From: Sulfolobales archaeon
Lineage (GTDB): Archaea; Thermoproteota; Thermoprotei_A; Sulfolobales; NBVN01
Direction: 5' to 3'
Length of the DNA: 64,000 bases
Assembly: GCA_038841535.1 (NCBI GenBank)
Contig: JAWBTQ010000002.1
Location: 96,001-160,000 of the forward strand
In this document: positions 38,849 through 47,424 of the stretch, in pieces
Numbering within the stretch: position 1 is the stretch's first letter
How the letters are laid out: the number at the start of each line of letters is the position of its first letter
Translations under genes and position numbers: made by a program
The notes under the pieces: generated by a model
What the model was told of the DNA's origin: nothing
The model's input: the letters and a program-made list of their open reading frames with translations, nothing else
Databases searched by the model: none

Positions 38849-39883
38849 ATGAAGAGGGTTGTCGCAGTAGAGAAGGTAAGTAAGACCTACTCCAGAGGGT
38901 TATTTAAGAAGAGGCTTATCAGTGCAGTGCAGAGCGCTTCTCTCGAGGTATCTAGCGGTGAGTTAATTAGTATCGTTGGTGAGAGCGGCTCCGGAAAGAC
39001 TACTCTGGGAAAGTTGATGACTGGCTTAGTCCTTCCTAGTAGCGGGAGGCTAATCTGGAGAGACGTGGACGTAATTAAGAACGGAAGAATAGTCAATAGA
39101 GAGTTCTACTCTTCGAATAGACATAGATACGTATACGTCCATCAAGACCCGTATAGTGCTCTAAATCCTTCTAAGAACGTATGGGACACTCTCAACCCGG
39201 TGATCAGTAAGTACAAGAAGCACTTAGGAACATCGGATAAGTATAAAACAGTGATAGAGCTCCTAGAGGAGGTAGGACTAGTTCCAGCAGATTACTTCAT
39301 CGATAAGTATCCTCACCACCTCTCTGGAGGTATGAGGCAGAGACTTGCTCTAGCGAGAGCTCTGGCAGCTGATCCTCACTTCATAGTGGCAGACGAAATA
39401 GTGAGCATGGTAGACCCGTCAATAAGGATATCGCTAGTGAACCTCCTCAAGGATATAGTGAAGGCGCGCAATATCTCGGTAGTGTTCATATCTCACGACC
39501 TCGGAATATCTATTTATGCCGCTGAAAACAACTTCATGTACGTGATGCTTAACGGGGTGGTCGTAGAGTACGGTCCTGCCTACGAGATAGCTTACTCCCC
39601 CGAACATCCGTATACAAGAGCCCTAATATCTAATACATCCGTTCCACTACCCTCACGAGAGAAGCGTGTGAGAGAGCTAGATGGCGTTGCGGTCGAAGAC
39701 AGTAAACCCAGGCCAAACACACTGTGCCCATTTGCTTCTCTATGCCCGTTTGTTGATTCAGAGTGCTCTTCTTTTGAGCTTGGGTTTTACTTAAAAGCAG
39801 GTGCTAAGCACTTCTCAGCGTGTTTAAAGACTGGAAAGCTACCTAAGTGGAAGCCCAGCTGGCTCCAAACCCTATCTGGGTAG
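38849..39883 (+). CDS. ABC transporter ATP-binding protein (DppF/OppF type)
   Basis: GESGSGKT, YPHHLSGGMRQR, ADEIVSMVD, HPYT; start set at MKRVV. Confidence 0.94.
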   Translation: MKRVVAVEKVSKTYSRGLFKKRLISAVQSASLEVSSGELISIVGESGSGKTTLGKLMTGLVLPSSGRLIWRDVDVIKNGRIVNREFYSSNRHRYVYVHQDPYSALNPSKNVWDTLNPVISKYKKHLGTSDKYKTVIELLEEVGLVPADYFIDKYPHHLSGGMRQRLALARALAADPHFIVADEIVSMVDPSIRISLVNLLKDIVKARNISVVFISHDLGISIYAAENNFMYVMLNGVVVEYGPAYEIAYSPEHPYTRALISNTSVPLPSREKRVRELDGVAVEDSKPRPNTLCPFASLCPFVDSECSSFELGFYLKAGAKHFSACLKTGKLPKWKPSWLQTLSG

Positions 39884-39888
39884 AGCAG

Positions 39889-40089
39889 ATGAGAGCACAC
39901 CCAATTATTCTAGTCGACCTTCTAGCATTAGCCGTAGTCACATTAGTACTTTCCGCTGTAGCTCTAGCAATACTACAGCCATCTGATGAAGCATATCTGC
40001 CGGCACTCTCAGCCTTATTTATTTCTTTAGTCCTCGTCTTTGTAGCCCTAGTCGGGTTTAGGAGAGCTATTAAAGTAGAGAAAACGTAG
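39889..40089 (+). CDS. Small two-TM membrane protein
   Basis: ATG 5 nt after the ATPase stop; two hydrophobic helices and a basic tail. Confidence 0.6.
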   Translation: MRAHPIILVDLLALAVVTLVLSAVALAILQPSDEAYLPALSALFISLVLVFVALVGFRRAIKVEKT

Positions 40090-40093
40090 AGTC

Positions 40094-40118
40094 GTTACGT
40101 AATCCTTTCCCTTTAAAC
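40094..40118 (+). promoter_or_regulatory. GTTACGTAA palindromic site plus TATA box upstream of the tri-domain hydrolase
   Basis: GTTACGTAATC at 40094-40104, TTTAAAC at 40112, ATG at 40136. Confidence 0.7.
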
Positions 40119-40135
40119 TTCTAACCCCAAAAAGT

Positions 40136-42805
40136 ATGGGGGAAATATTGAGAACTATTTATATCGTAATCCTGACTATAGTAGTGGTCGCGGCTATAGT
40201 CACCCCCACAGTTTTCCGGGTTCTTAAGCCTGAGACGTCGGAAACATCTACACCTATAGAAACTACGGCAGTAGCTTTCACTCTAGTACAGCTACCGCTT
40301 AGAAAAAGACCATTCGTGTGGACCTGGATCTACAGCACGAAATCCAGCGAAGTCGCCGAGCTCCTGAGCAGATTCGGAGGTCGCGCGATAGATGTGGTCT
40401 CACCTGATTGGTACTATCTTACCGAGGACTTGAGTCTAGGTTTATACTACGAGAGAGGGGCGGAAGACCCAGGTTTTGTGAAACTTAGTAAAGACTCAGG
40501 AATCTTGATAGTCCCGATGGTTGTTTCTTCTAAAGGAGATAGAGTAAAGAACCTAATAACGAGTCGGGAAGCTATCGAGAGGTTCTCCAGGCAACTCGTA
40601 GAGACAGCAGCTAGAATGGGATACTCCGGCTTTAATATAGACTTCGAGGTAAGCCTCCCACTCTACTCTAGAGAGTTCGCTGAATTCATAGACTATCTTG
40701 CTAAGAGGCTTCATGAGGCTGGACTTATATTAACTGTAGCAGTGCCCGCCAAGAGGGCTGAGATCCGTAGCGACTATCTAATGACTTACGACTACCAACT
40801 TCTAGCAAAAACAGACGCTGACTACATTATGATCATGGCATACGACTACTACGAGATAGTGGGACCTAAGCCGGTCGCCCCCATGCCTTGGGTAGAGGAC
40901 TGTATTGAGTACTCCCTAAGGTTCTTCCCTAGAGAAAAACTCGTTCTCGGCGTCCCTAATTACGGAAAAGTTTGGGACGACAAGGGCAAGTTAGTGAAGT
41001 GGTTACTGCACCAGGATTATCTGTCCATGGTATCCCAGGGAGAGCGCTTTGTAGTAGACCTAAGCTCGAGAGAGCTTATGGCTAAAACAGCCGAGGGAGT
41101 AGCATACTACGTTGATGGAGAGATGGCGTACTACCGAGCAAAGCTCGCACTCTCCCATCGCTTAGCCGGTGTAGCAATATGGAGACTCGACGGGGGAGAC
41201 CTCGGCTTATGGGAGCTTCTCGAGGATTTCCGTCTCTCGCATGCGGGACCCCCCGACTACCCTCTAGCTAAGTGGATAGAGGCCTACTCAGGTAATTATC
41301 AAAAGTCAAACAGAACGGAAGTCAACTGGATAGTGGTCCACGTCACCGAGGGCTCGACTCAGTCTGCTATTAACTGGTTCCTAGACCCACGATCCGGAGT
41401 TTCAGCCCATTATATAATCTCGTTGGGAGGATCGGTCTATCAAATGGTTATGGAGAAAGACATCGCTTGGCATGCGGGTAACAAGCAGTACAACCTACTG
41501 TCTATAGGTATAGAGCATGAGGGCTTCGTTAAGGCAAGGATGTTTACGGAATCTCAATACAGATCGTCCGCCCGCTTAATAGCATATCTAGCCTATAAGT
41601 ATGGCATATCATTAGATCACGTAGTCGGCATAGCTCCTCCGGATCCCGCGGAAAGTAAAGGGATAATAGGGCACGACCAAGTTCCTGACCCGAGGAATCA
41701 GACGATAGGTGGAGGAATCTCCCACCACACTGATCCTGGACCATACTGGGATTGGCGTTTATACATGGAGCTCGCGAGGAAGTACTACGAAGCCTTAGTA
41801 AGTGGAAATTATGAGAAGGCCTTTATCGCAGTGTGGTGGGGTGTTTACTCGGATAAGTGGAGCATGAATAGAGATGTCTGGCTTAAGCAGGTTAATGAAG
41901 CTCTAGCTAAGCTCAAGAGAGCTGGGGTTGACGCTGTGTTCTTTCTAGTTAAGGACCCCTGGGGCTACGTATATTACAATAGCTCCTACGCACCTCTGAA
42001 CCCGAAGTATTCTTGGGACGTTCTCGGCGATGTAGTGAAGGTCGCTAAAAAATATGGAATAGAGGTTTACGTATATATAAACGCTCTATCCGAGGGAGAG
42101 ACCAGTCCCGGGTTCTATTTACAGCAGAACCCCCACTTCGCTCTCTATGATGAGTACGGAAACATGCTCGGTTGGGTAGACCCCTACTGTGAAGAATACG
42201 TGCAGAGGCTCCTCGACATAGTAGCTGAGATATTGACTAAGTACCCCGAGGTCAGAGGGGTACAACTAGATAGAATAAGAGCTCCTCAGAGCAACGTCAT
42301 CGGAAAATGCTCTTCGGAGGGTTTCTGGAAGCAATATGGTAAGAACCCCAAAGACGATATACGACTCTACCAGAAGTTTCTAGTTGACGGTATAACTAGC
42401 ATAGTCAAGAGAGTTTCTGCTTTAGCTAAGAGCGCTAGGCCCGGCATTCACGTGTCTGCCGCAGTATTCCCGAGTCCAACCGCCGTTCATACCGTACTCC
42501 AGGATTGGATTTATTGGGTTAACGAGGGTGTGGTCGATGCTGTCGCAACAATGACCTACACAATAGACTTTACAACGTTTAAGAGTTACGTGACATCACA
42601 GCTCGGAACTATTAAAGACCCTAGTAAGCTCCTTATAGGTGTAGGAGCGTGGCAGCTATTAGACGAAATGCTGGTATCCCAACTGAGTTATGTGATAGAG
42701 GAGCTTAATCTCAAGGGAGCTGTTCTGTTTAACTTAGACAGCCTAATAGACAAGAACCTGGCCGAAACCCTTACCAAGTTCAGACTTACATACTATTGCC
42801 GATAG
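40136..42805 (+). CDS. Membrane-anchored tri-domain cell-wall hydrolase: GH18 (SleL/YaaH-like) + N-acetylmuramoyl-L-alanine amidase (Amidase_2) + GHL10/DUF187 glycoside hydrolase
   Basis: N-terminal TM and S/T linker; GH18 GFNIDFE, IMAYD, KLVLGVPNYG, GVAIWRL; amidase IVVHVTEG, VSAHYII, IAWHAG, SIGIEHEG, IIGH, HTDPG; GHL10 GIEVY, GVQLDRIR, VSAAVF, QDWIYW..G.VD...MTY. Confidence 0.9.
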   Translation: MGEILRTIYIVILTIVVVAAIVTPTVFRVLKPETSETSTPIETTAVAFTLVQLPLRKRPFVWTWIYSTKSSEVAELLSRFGGRAIDVVSPDWYYLTEDLSLGLYYERGAEDPGFVKLSKDSGILIVPMVVSSKGDRVKNLITSREAIERFSRQLVETAARMGYSGFNIDFEVSLPLYSREFAEFIDYLAKRLHEAGLILTVAVPAKRAEIRSDYLMTYDYQLLAKTDADYIMIMAYDYYEIVGPKPVAPMPWVEDCIEYSLRFFPREKLVLGVPNYGKVWDDKGKLVKWLLHQDYLSMVSQGERFVVDLSSRELMAKTAEGVAYYVDGEMAYYRAKLALSHRLAGVAIWRLDGGDLGLWELLEDFRLSHAGPPDYPLAKWIEAYSGNYQKSNRTEVNWIVVHVTEGSTQSAINWFLDPRSGVSAHYIISLGGSVYQMVMEKDIAWHAGNKQYNLLSIGIEHEGFVKARMFTESQYRSSARLIAYLAYKYGISLDHVVGIAPPDPAESKGIIGHDQVPDPRNQTIGGGISHHTDPGPYWDWRLYMELARKYYEALVSGNYEKAFIAVWWGVYSDKWSMNRDVWLKQVNEALAKLKRAGVDAVFFLVKDPWGYVYYNSSYAPLNPKYSWDVLGDVVKVAKKYGIEVYVYINALSEGETSPGFYLQQNPHFALYDEYGNMLGWVDPYCEEYVQRLLDIVAEILTKYPEVRGVQLDRIRAPQSNVIGKCSSEGFWKQYGKNPKDDIRLYQKFLVDGITSIVKRVSALAKSARPGIHVSAAVFPSPTAVHTVLQDWIYWVNEGVVDAVATMTYTIDFTTFKSYVTSQLGTIKDPSKLLIGVGAWQLLDEMLVSQLSYVIEELNLKGAVLFNLDSLIDKNLAETLTKFRLTYYCR

Positions 42806-42874
42806 AGCTTAAACTTAATACAGTACAACGAGTTCTATTTCGGTTATTTGCTGCGGATTTAAGTGGCCTAATCG

Positions 42875-43135
42875 AGTTGGGGTTCAGCTCTGATATAGGT
42901 TTGTATTGGTTGATTTTATTGCCTCATCTCTTACTCCCGCATCCTGCTCGGGTCCTCATCGGGCTCTGGGGCGTCCGGGGAATCCTAGGCCGTATCACAT
43001 CTCGGTTTATCCTCGGGAGAGCCCGCACTTCATCTACGTAGCTCTCGACCACTCATCGAGTAACCTTCGCACATCGATCCACGCCGAGACACTCATAAAC
43101 GTCTTTGTTGCATCCATCAAGCAACATAAACCAAC
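42875..43135 (-). mobile_element. Degenerate IS200/IS605 (TnpB)-derived non-autonomous relic
   Basis: GC-rich non-coding stretch whose minus strand resembles, from memory, the 3' region of crenarchaeal tnpB elements; shares an 18/20-nt motif with the relic at 44278. Confidence 0.4.
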
Positions 43136-43164
43136 ACGAAACTAGAAACAGTCACTTGAGGAAC

Positions 43165-43884
43165 CTACTTTGAGGGCAGTCTAGACCTTAGTGCTTCGAC
43201 TAAGCTGTCTACTGAGGAGTGTGTCGACACTATTAATGGCAGCATCTCCCTATCCGCTAGCCTTATCGCTAGAACGTCCACAGTTTTCGGCTGATGTATG
43301 ACTACAGCCGCAGGTTTTGTTGGTGCTACTCGAACAGCTACCATCGGGGAGCGCCCAGTGCTTACCGCAGTAAAGATTAGTGCCCTTATGCTAGAAAGTC
43401 CCATTATACTCCAAAACTCGTTACCCCTAAGTCCCTCAATTGCCTCATAGCTGTTAATGACAGTGTAGCCGTATATGGGTAAAGCTATGAACCTAGAGTT
43501 AACAATGTACCCTTCTACAGCAGTAACTAGTTCGTCGAGCTTTATAGGGCGACTGAACTCTCTGATATCTAGAACACCCGCAATAAGCAATCCCATGCTC
43601 TGAGCTAAACCCTTAGTTACGGTATAGCCTGAGAGTTCATCGTACGTCATTAGGGCCTCAATAAACGTCTTAACGAACTTCATACCGGGTCTCCTCCTGC
43701 TTTTCTCATAGTCACTGATTACACTAGAAGCCACCTTAAGGTACTTTGCTAGCTCTACTTGACTCAGTCCGAAAACAGTCCTCCACTTTCTAACCGCTTG
43801 ACCTGGGTTATCGCTGAACACTATATCGCCAGCGATCTTCTTTTTAACTTCATCGACTACGTACCTAGGTATCATCTTATCCAC
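43165..43884 (-). CDS. XRE-family HTH transcriptional regulator (conserved archaeal COG1709 type)
   Basis: IAGDIVFSDNPG..VRKWR..FGLSQ.ELA....V.SSVISDYE..RR, RALIFT.VSTGRSPMVAVRV. Confidence 0.9.
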   Translation of the reverse strand: MDKMIPRYVVDEVKKKIAGDIVFSDNPGQAVRKWRTVFGLSQVELAKYLKVASSVISDYEKSRRRPGMKFVKTFIEALMTYDELSGYTVTKGLAQSMGLLIAGVLDIREFSRPIKLDELVTAVEGYIVNSRFIALPIYGYTVINSYEAIEGLRGNEFWSIMGLSSIRALIFTAVSTGRSPMVAVRVAPTKPAAVVIHQPKTVDVLAIRLADREMLPLIVSTHSSVDSLVEALRSRLPSK

Positions 43885-44113
43885 CCCGTAGTACAGCTAC
43901 TGAGTAGAGCACCATAAATCTAACTCTACTACCTAGTGGTATCACTAAATTTTTCCATGTTACTATTTGCGGGCAATCGCGCAGAGCCAATTCCAACATC
44001 AATCATAGCTATGCCTGACTCCTTAATAAATACTCTCTATGAGTTAAACCATAAGTTGTTGTAGGACTAGCATGAGAGCGTTACTTATCAGAAACACTAC
44101 TTAGGGTATTGAT

Positions 44114-44336
44114 CTAACCTCCTTCCTGGTCTGATGGGTGAAGGTTCCTCTGGGCGGGGAGGTCTGAGTTAAACTCCCTCCTACTAGAGGGTCTAGCCCT
44201 AGCAGAGTCTCTAGAGCATTACGCCAGCTACGTAGAGCGCGGGACTCGGGGATATGCTTTAACTACATCCACGAACACATCCATCAAGAAACCTAAAGAC
44301 AAAAGAATGAGCACACTCACAACAAACGAACGCCAC
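44114..44336 (-). mobile_element. Degenerate IS200/IS605 right-end-like relic (MITE-sized)
   Basis: Minus strand CCGCCCAGAGGAACCTTCACCC...AGGAAGGAGGTTAG resembles crenarchaeal IS605 right-end hairpins; shares CATCCATCAAG.AAC.TAAA with 43111. Confidence 0.45.
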
Positions 44337-44399
44337 AATCCTTCTGCTTATCTACCTTCACTTCTTTTATTAGTTAAGACCTAGATGTAGGAGGGTGAC

Positions 44400-44930
44400 G
44401 TGGGTTCAGTTAAGGCTGACTGGGTTTACCTGCTTCATCCCAGACCTGCTTTCGCTATATGTTCCTCGGCCGAGAGTGCTTACGACTGTCTAGCCGCATC
44501 TTGGGTCACACCCGTGTCTAGAGAGCCACCGATATTGATGGTAGCTCTATCTCCGAGGAGAGCTACTTACTCACTGATTAAGTCGTCGGGAAAGGCCACT
44601 GTTAACGTTCTCGATTGGAGTATGCTGGAGGCGCTACATTACTTGGGATCGACTAGCCTACATAAGAATCCCAACAAAATGGTTGATTCAGGCGTCAAGG
44701 TCTTACTCTCAGATGGCTACGTGAGGATCGAGGGCGCTCTGGCGGTTCTATACTGTAGTGTGAGGATGATTTTGACTATGGGCGACCACGATGCCGTATT
44801 CTTTGATGTAGTTGGCGTAGACGTGAATAAAGGGTATAAGCCTAAGGCTGAAGTAACGAAATACAATTACATAATGCACGTAGGTGGTGGCGAGTACACT
44901 ACAAACGTAAATAGCGTGATAGTTCTTTGA
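44400..44930 (+). CDS. Flavin reductase family (FMN-binding split barrel)
   Basis: LLHPRP, ASWVTPVS.EPP, GDH. Confidence 0.88.
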   Translation: MGSVKADWVYLLHPRPAFAICSSAESAYDCLAASWVTPVSREPPILMVALSPRRATYSLIKSSGKATVNVLDWSMLEALHYLGSTSLHKNPNKMVDSGVKVLLSDGYVRIEGALAVLYCSVRMILTMGDHDAVFFDVVGVDVNKGYKPKAEVTKYNYIMHVGGGEYTTNVNSVIVL

Positions 44931-45502
44931 TATCAGTAGAGTCACCCCTGAAAATCGCAGTTATAGTCTTAGGTGTGCTATCTGCTGTAAGCTTTTTTGC
45001 TATTCCGGCCGCCTCGTTTCTAGCACTAGTTTTTGGGGTTCTAACGACTGCGATAACGTTGAGTGAGTCGAGAATTGCGGTACTGATGCCACTGCTTCAA
45101 ACAGCTGTCTGTATAGCGAGCCTCTACTACCTTGGGGAGGCACTCATATACGAGTCTCCCACTTCGCTCGTAACGGGAGTAGCACTATCTTTAGTCTCTA
45201 TCCTCATGATGTATGTAGAAAGTAAGCTGCTAGTATTAAGGACTGGAATCGGGAAAACAGGGGTCGTAGTTGTTACGGCTGTCCTGGCTACTTTGCTCTA
45301 TACCTACACCGTATCCATTCCTGCTGTTAGTAACTTCATGAAGGAGGGTCTCTATGGGATAATTGAGTTAATAGCTTATAGCGGCCTTCTATATATTGGT
45401 GCGTCACTACCTTACTCCTCGACCATCCTATTCGGTCTCGTATATCTTATTTATGACTTACTTCGCTCGATTCAACCTAAAGAAGTCGTTCAACCTACTT
45501 AA
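44927..45502 (+). CDS. Hypothetical membrane protein
   Basis: About 6 hydrophobic segments; TTGA overlap with the upstream gene. Confidence 0.7.
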   Translation: MISVESPLKIAVIVLGVLSAVSFFAIPAASFLALVFGVLTTAITLSESRIAVLMPLLQTAVCIASLYYLGEALIYESPTSLVTGVALSLVSILMMYVESKLLVLRTGIGKTGVVVVTAVLATLLYTYTVSIPAVSNFMKEGLYGIIELIAYSGLLYIGASLPYSSTILFGLVYLIYDLLRSIQPKEVVQPT

Positions 45503-47260
45503 GAGGCTGGGCAAGTTCGAGAAAACGGCGTCATACCTTAACCCCAGTAGTTCCTTAAAACCCTTTTTAAGGTACCTCCTGTCTGCTAGAACTATAAACG
45601 CTCTATCTTTTTCGGACCTTATGGCTCTACCGAACGATTGAGTTACCCTAATCGACGCCTGCACATCCATAACTAGAGTATCTGCTGCGTCACCTACCTC
45701 ACTCCTTAATGCCTCTCTAAAGTCTTCTACGTAATCATCCGGGCTGGGGTAAGGAATGCCGCATATGACTACGGCACTAATCAGAGAGAGACCAGAGCTA
45801 TCTCTAAACTCAACTCCCTCAACTATCTTCCCTCCCGCAACGGCATTGATTAGTGTGTGTGGCTCGGCCGCGAGCAGCTTCTCTATATCAGCTACTTTAG
45901 TCTTCTCGCTTTCTACATAGGTACTGATGGAGTCCTTCAAGTACGTCACTACCTCATTCATGACCTCGTAGCTTGGGTAAACTGCTAGAACCGCTCTGTC
46001 AGTGCTCTCATACACTGATCGAACCAGCTTTGCATACTCCATGAACATCCTCGTAGACCTCAGCGGGTAACTCGTAGTTACGGACGTGTATACAGCGTAG
46101 AACACGTTCTCCCGTGGAAAGACGTGCCCGTACTGCGCCTCGACATCCAGGTACTCAGTTTCCCTACCGACAACTTTATCTAGTACATCTTTAGGTGGTA
46201 AAGTCCCAGACATTAGGAGGACTCCGCGCGCTAGCCTAAGCCTCTCTCTCATGGGCTCGTAGCCTAGAGGGAGTGCGTGAAGCCTGAATGTATCGAAAGC
46301 AGATTGAGTGTAAAGAGAGAAAAAGTCCTTAGTGGCGAGCGCGAGAAACTTGACTAATCTACCTATAGATGAGGTCGTTCTCGCAAAAGCCTCGACTCCA
46401 ACCTCCACTAGAGACTGTAGGTAGCTAAGCCTTATCGCATAGAAAGCTTCCTCCAGCTCGCGTAGGAGGTCCGCGTCTACTCCGATGCTTTGCTTCGAGA
46501 CCCTCGTAAGCTTATTGAAGGTTACCCTGCTTAACGATTCCTCTACGTGTTTAACCTGTTGTGCTAGCTCTCCATAGCCGTGCCTCGAGAGCTCGCTCGC
46601 ACTAGTTCTCAGAACGCTCTGGTTGACGGAGTCCGATAGAATTGATTGAGGAGAGACGAGAGTATGCGCTTCGTCAACGATGACGTAGAACTCGTCGAGT
46701 CCTACATCTGAAAAAGCGGTAGAGTACACAGTTTCGTTGAAGAGGTATGGATATGTCGCTATCGTGAGCTCTACCCTATCGGCTAACCCCGAGAGAGCAA
46801 AGAAGGGACAGGCAGAGAGCTCTCGAGCCACTAGTGATGCGAGCACGTGGGGGTCTAACTGGTCTGCGCTATTCAGTAGCTCGAGTAGCTCTTCTTGCGA
46901 TACCTGCTTGAGGTTGGTGTAGTAGGGGCACATGCTCTTCAGCCTCAGGAGCCGGCAGTTTAGCCAGAAATCCTCTGGAGAGACCTCTGCTCCCCTCACT
47001 AGAGGGCACATCCTCCTCCCGCTAAACACTATGGTAAACGAGGCTCCGAGGTTTCTCGCTTCTCTTACTACTGGAGCGATCTCGTTCCTAGTCCTCACGA
47101 CGTAGAGGACTCTCCCACTACCTACATGGCCAACTAAGGCCACTACAGTCTTACCGTAGCCAGTCGGAGCCTTGACAGCTAAATACCCCCCGAGCCTCGA
47201 CCTTATGAAGTTAGCAACTTCAAGCTGTCCCTTCCTTAAGTTTGCGTAAGGAAAACGCAT
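45458..47260 (-). CDS. xpd: XPD/Rad3 family Fe-S DNA helicase
   Basis: FPY..LR.GQ Q motif, APTGYGKT, four Fe-S cysteines, VDEAH, MSGTL, EGVEF, QSFGRAIR...DR. Confidence 0.9.
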   Translation of the reverse strand: MRFPYANLRKGQLEVANFIRSRLGGYLAVKAPTGYGKTVVALVGHVGSGRVLYVVRTRNEIAPVVREARNLGASFTIVFSGRRMCPLVRGAEVSPEDFWLNCRLLRLKSMCPYYTNLKQVSQEELLELLNSADQLDPHVLASLVARELSACPFFALSGLADRVELTIATYPYLFNETVYSTAFSDVGLDEFYVIVDEAHTLVSPQSILSDSVNQSVLRTSASELSRHGYGELAQQVKHVEESLSRVTFNKLTRVSKQSIGVDADLLRELEEAFYAIRLSYLQSLVEVGVEAFARTTSSIGRLVKFLALATKDFFSLYTQSAFDTFRLHALPLGYEPMRERLRLARGVLLMSGTLPPKDVLDKVVGRETEYLDVEAQYGHVFPRENVFYAVYTSVTTSYPLRSTRMFMEYAKLVRSVYESTDRAVLAVYPSYEVMNEVVTYLKDSISTYVESEKTKVADIEKLLAAEPHTLINAVAGGKIVEGVEFRDSSGLSLISAVVICGIPYPSPDDYVEDFREALRSEVGDAADTLVMDVQASIRVTQSFGRAIRSEKDRAFIVLADRRYLKKGFKELLGLRYDAVFSNLPSLLSRLNDFFRLNRAK

Positions 47261-47424
47261 CAGACAGCCACCGCTTCAGCACCTATAAGAGGTTGTCGAG
47301 ACTCTCATCACCGCGTGTAAATAGCTTTCGCAGAGCATAAAAACTCGTAAGCTAGTGACGGTAACCGTGCTATAAGGGAAGGGACAACCCGCTCTAGTAG
47401 GTAGGATGCGTCTGAGCGCACATT

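Noticed and set aside
27024-42805. Reading the locus as a simple chitin-utilisation cluster
   Set aside because: No chitin-binding domains or deacetylase; the GH18 is SleL-like and fused to a MurNAc-L-Ala amidase. Chitin as a secondary substrate is not excluded
42796-43145. ORFs 42796-43041 and 42906-43145
   Set aside because: Overlap a GC-rich IS-like relic and have non-protein-like composition
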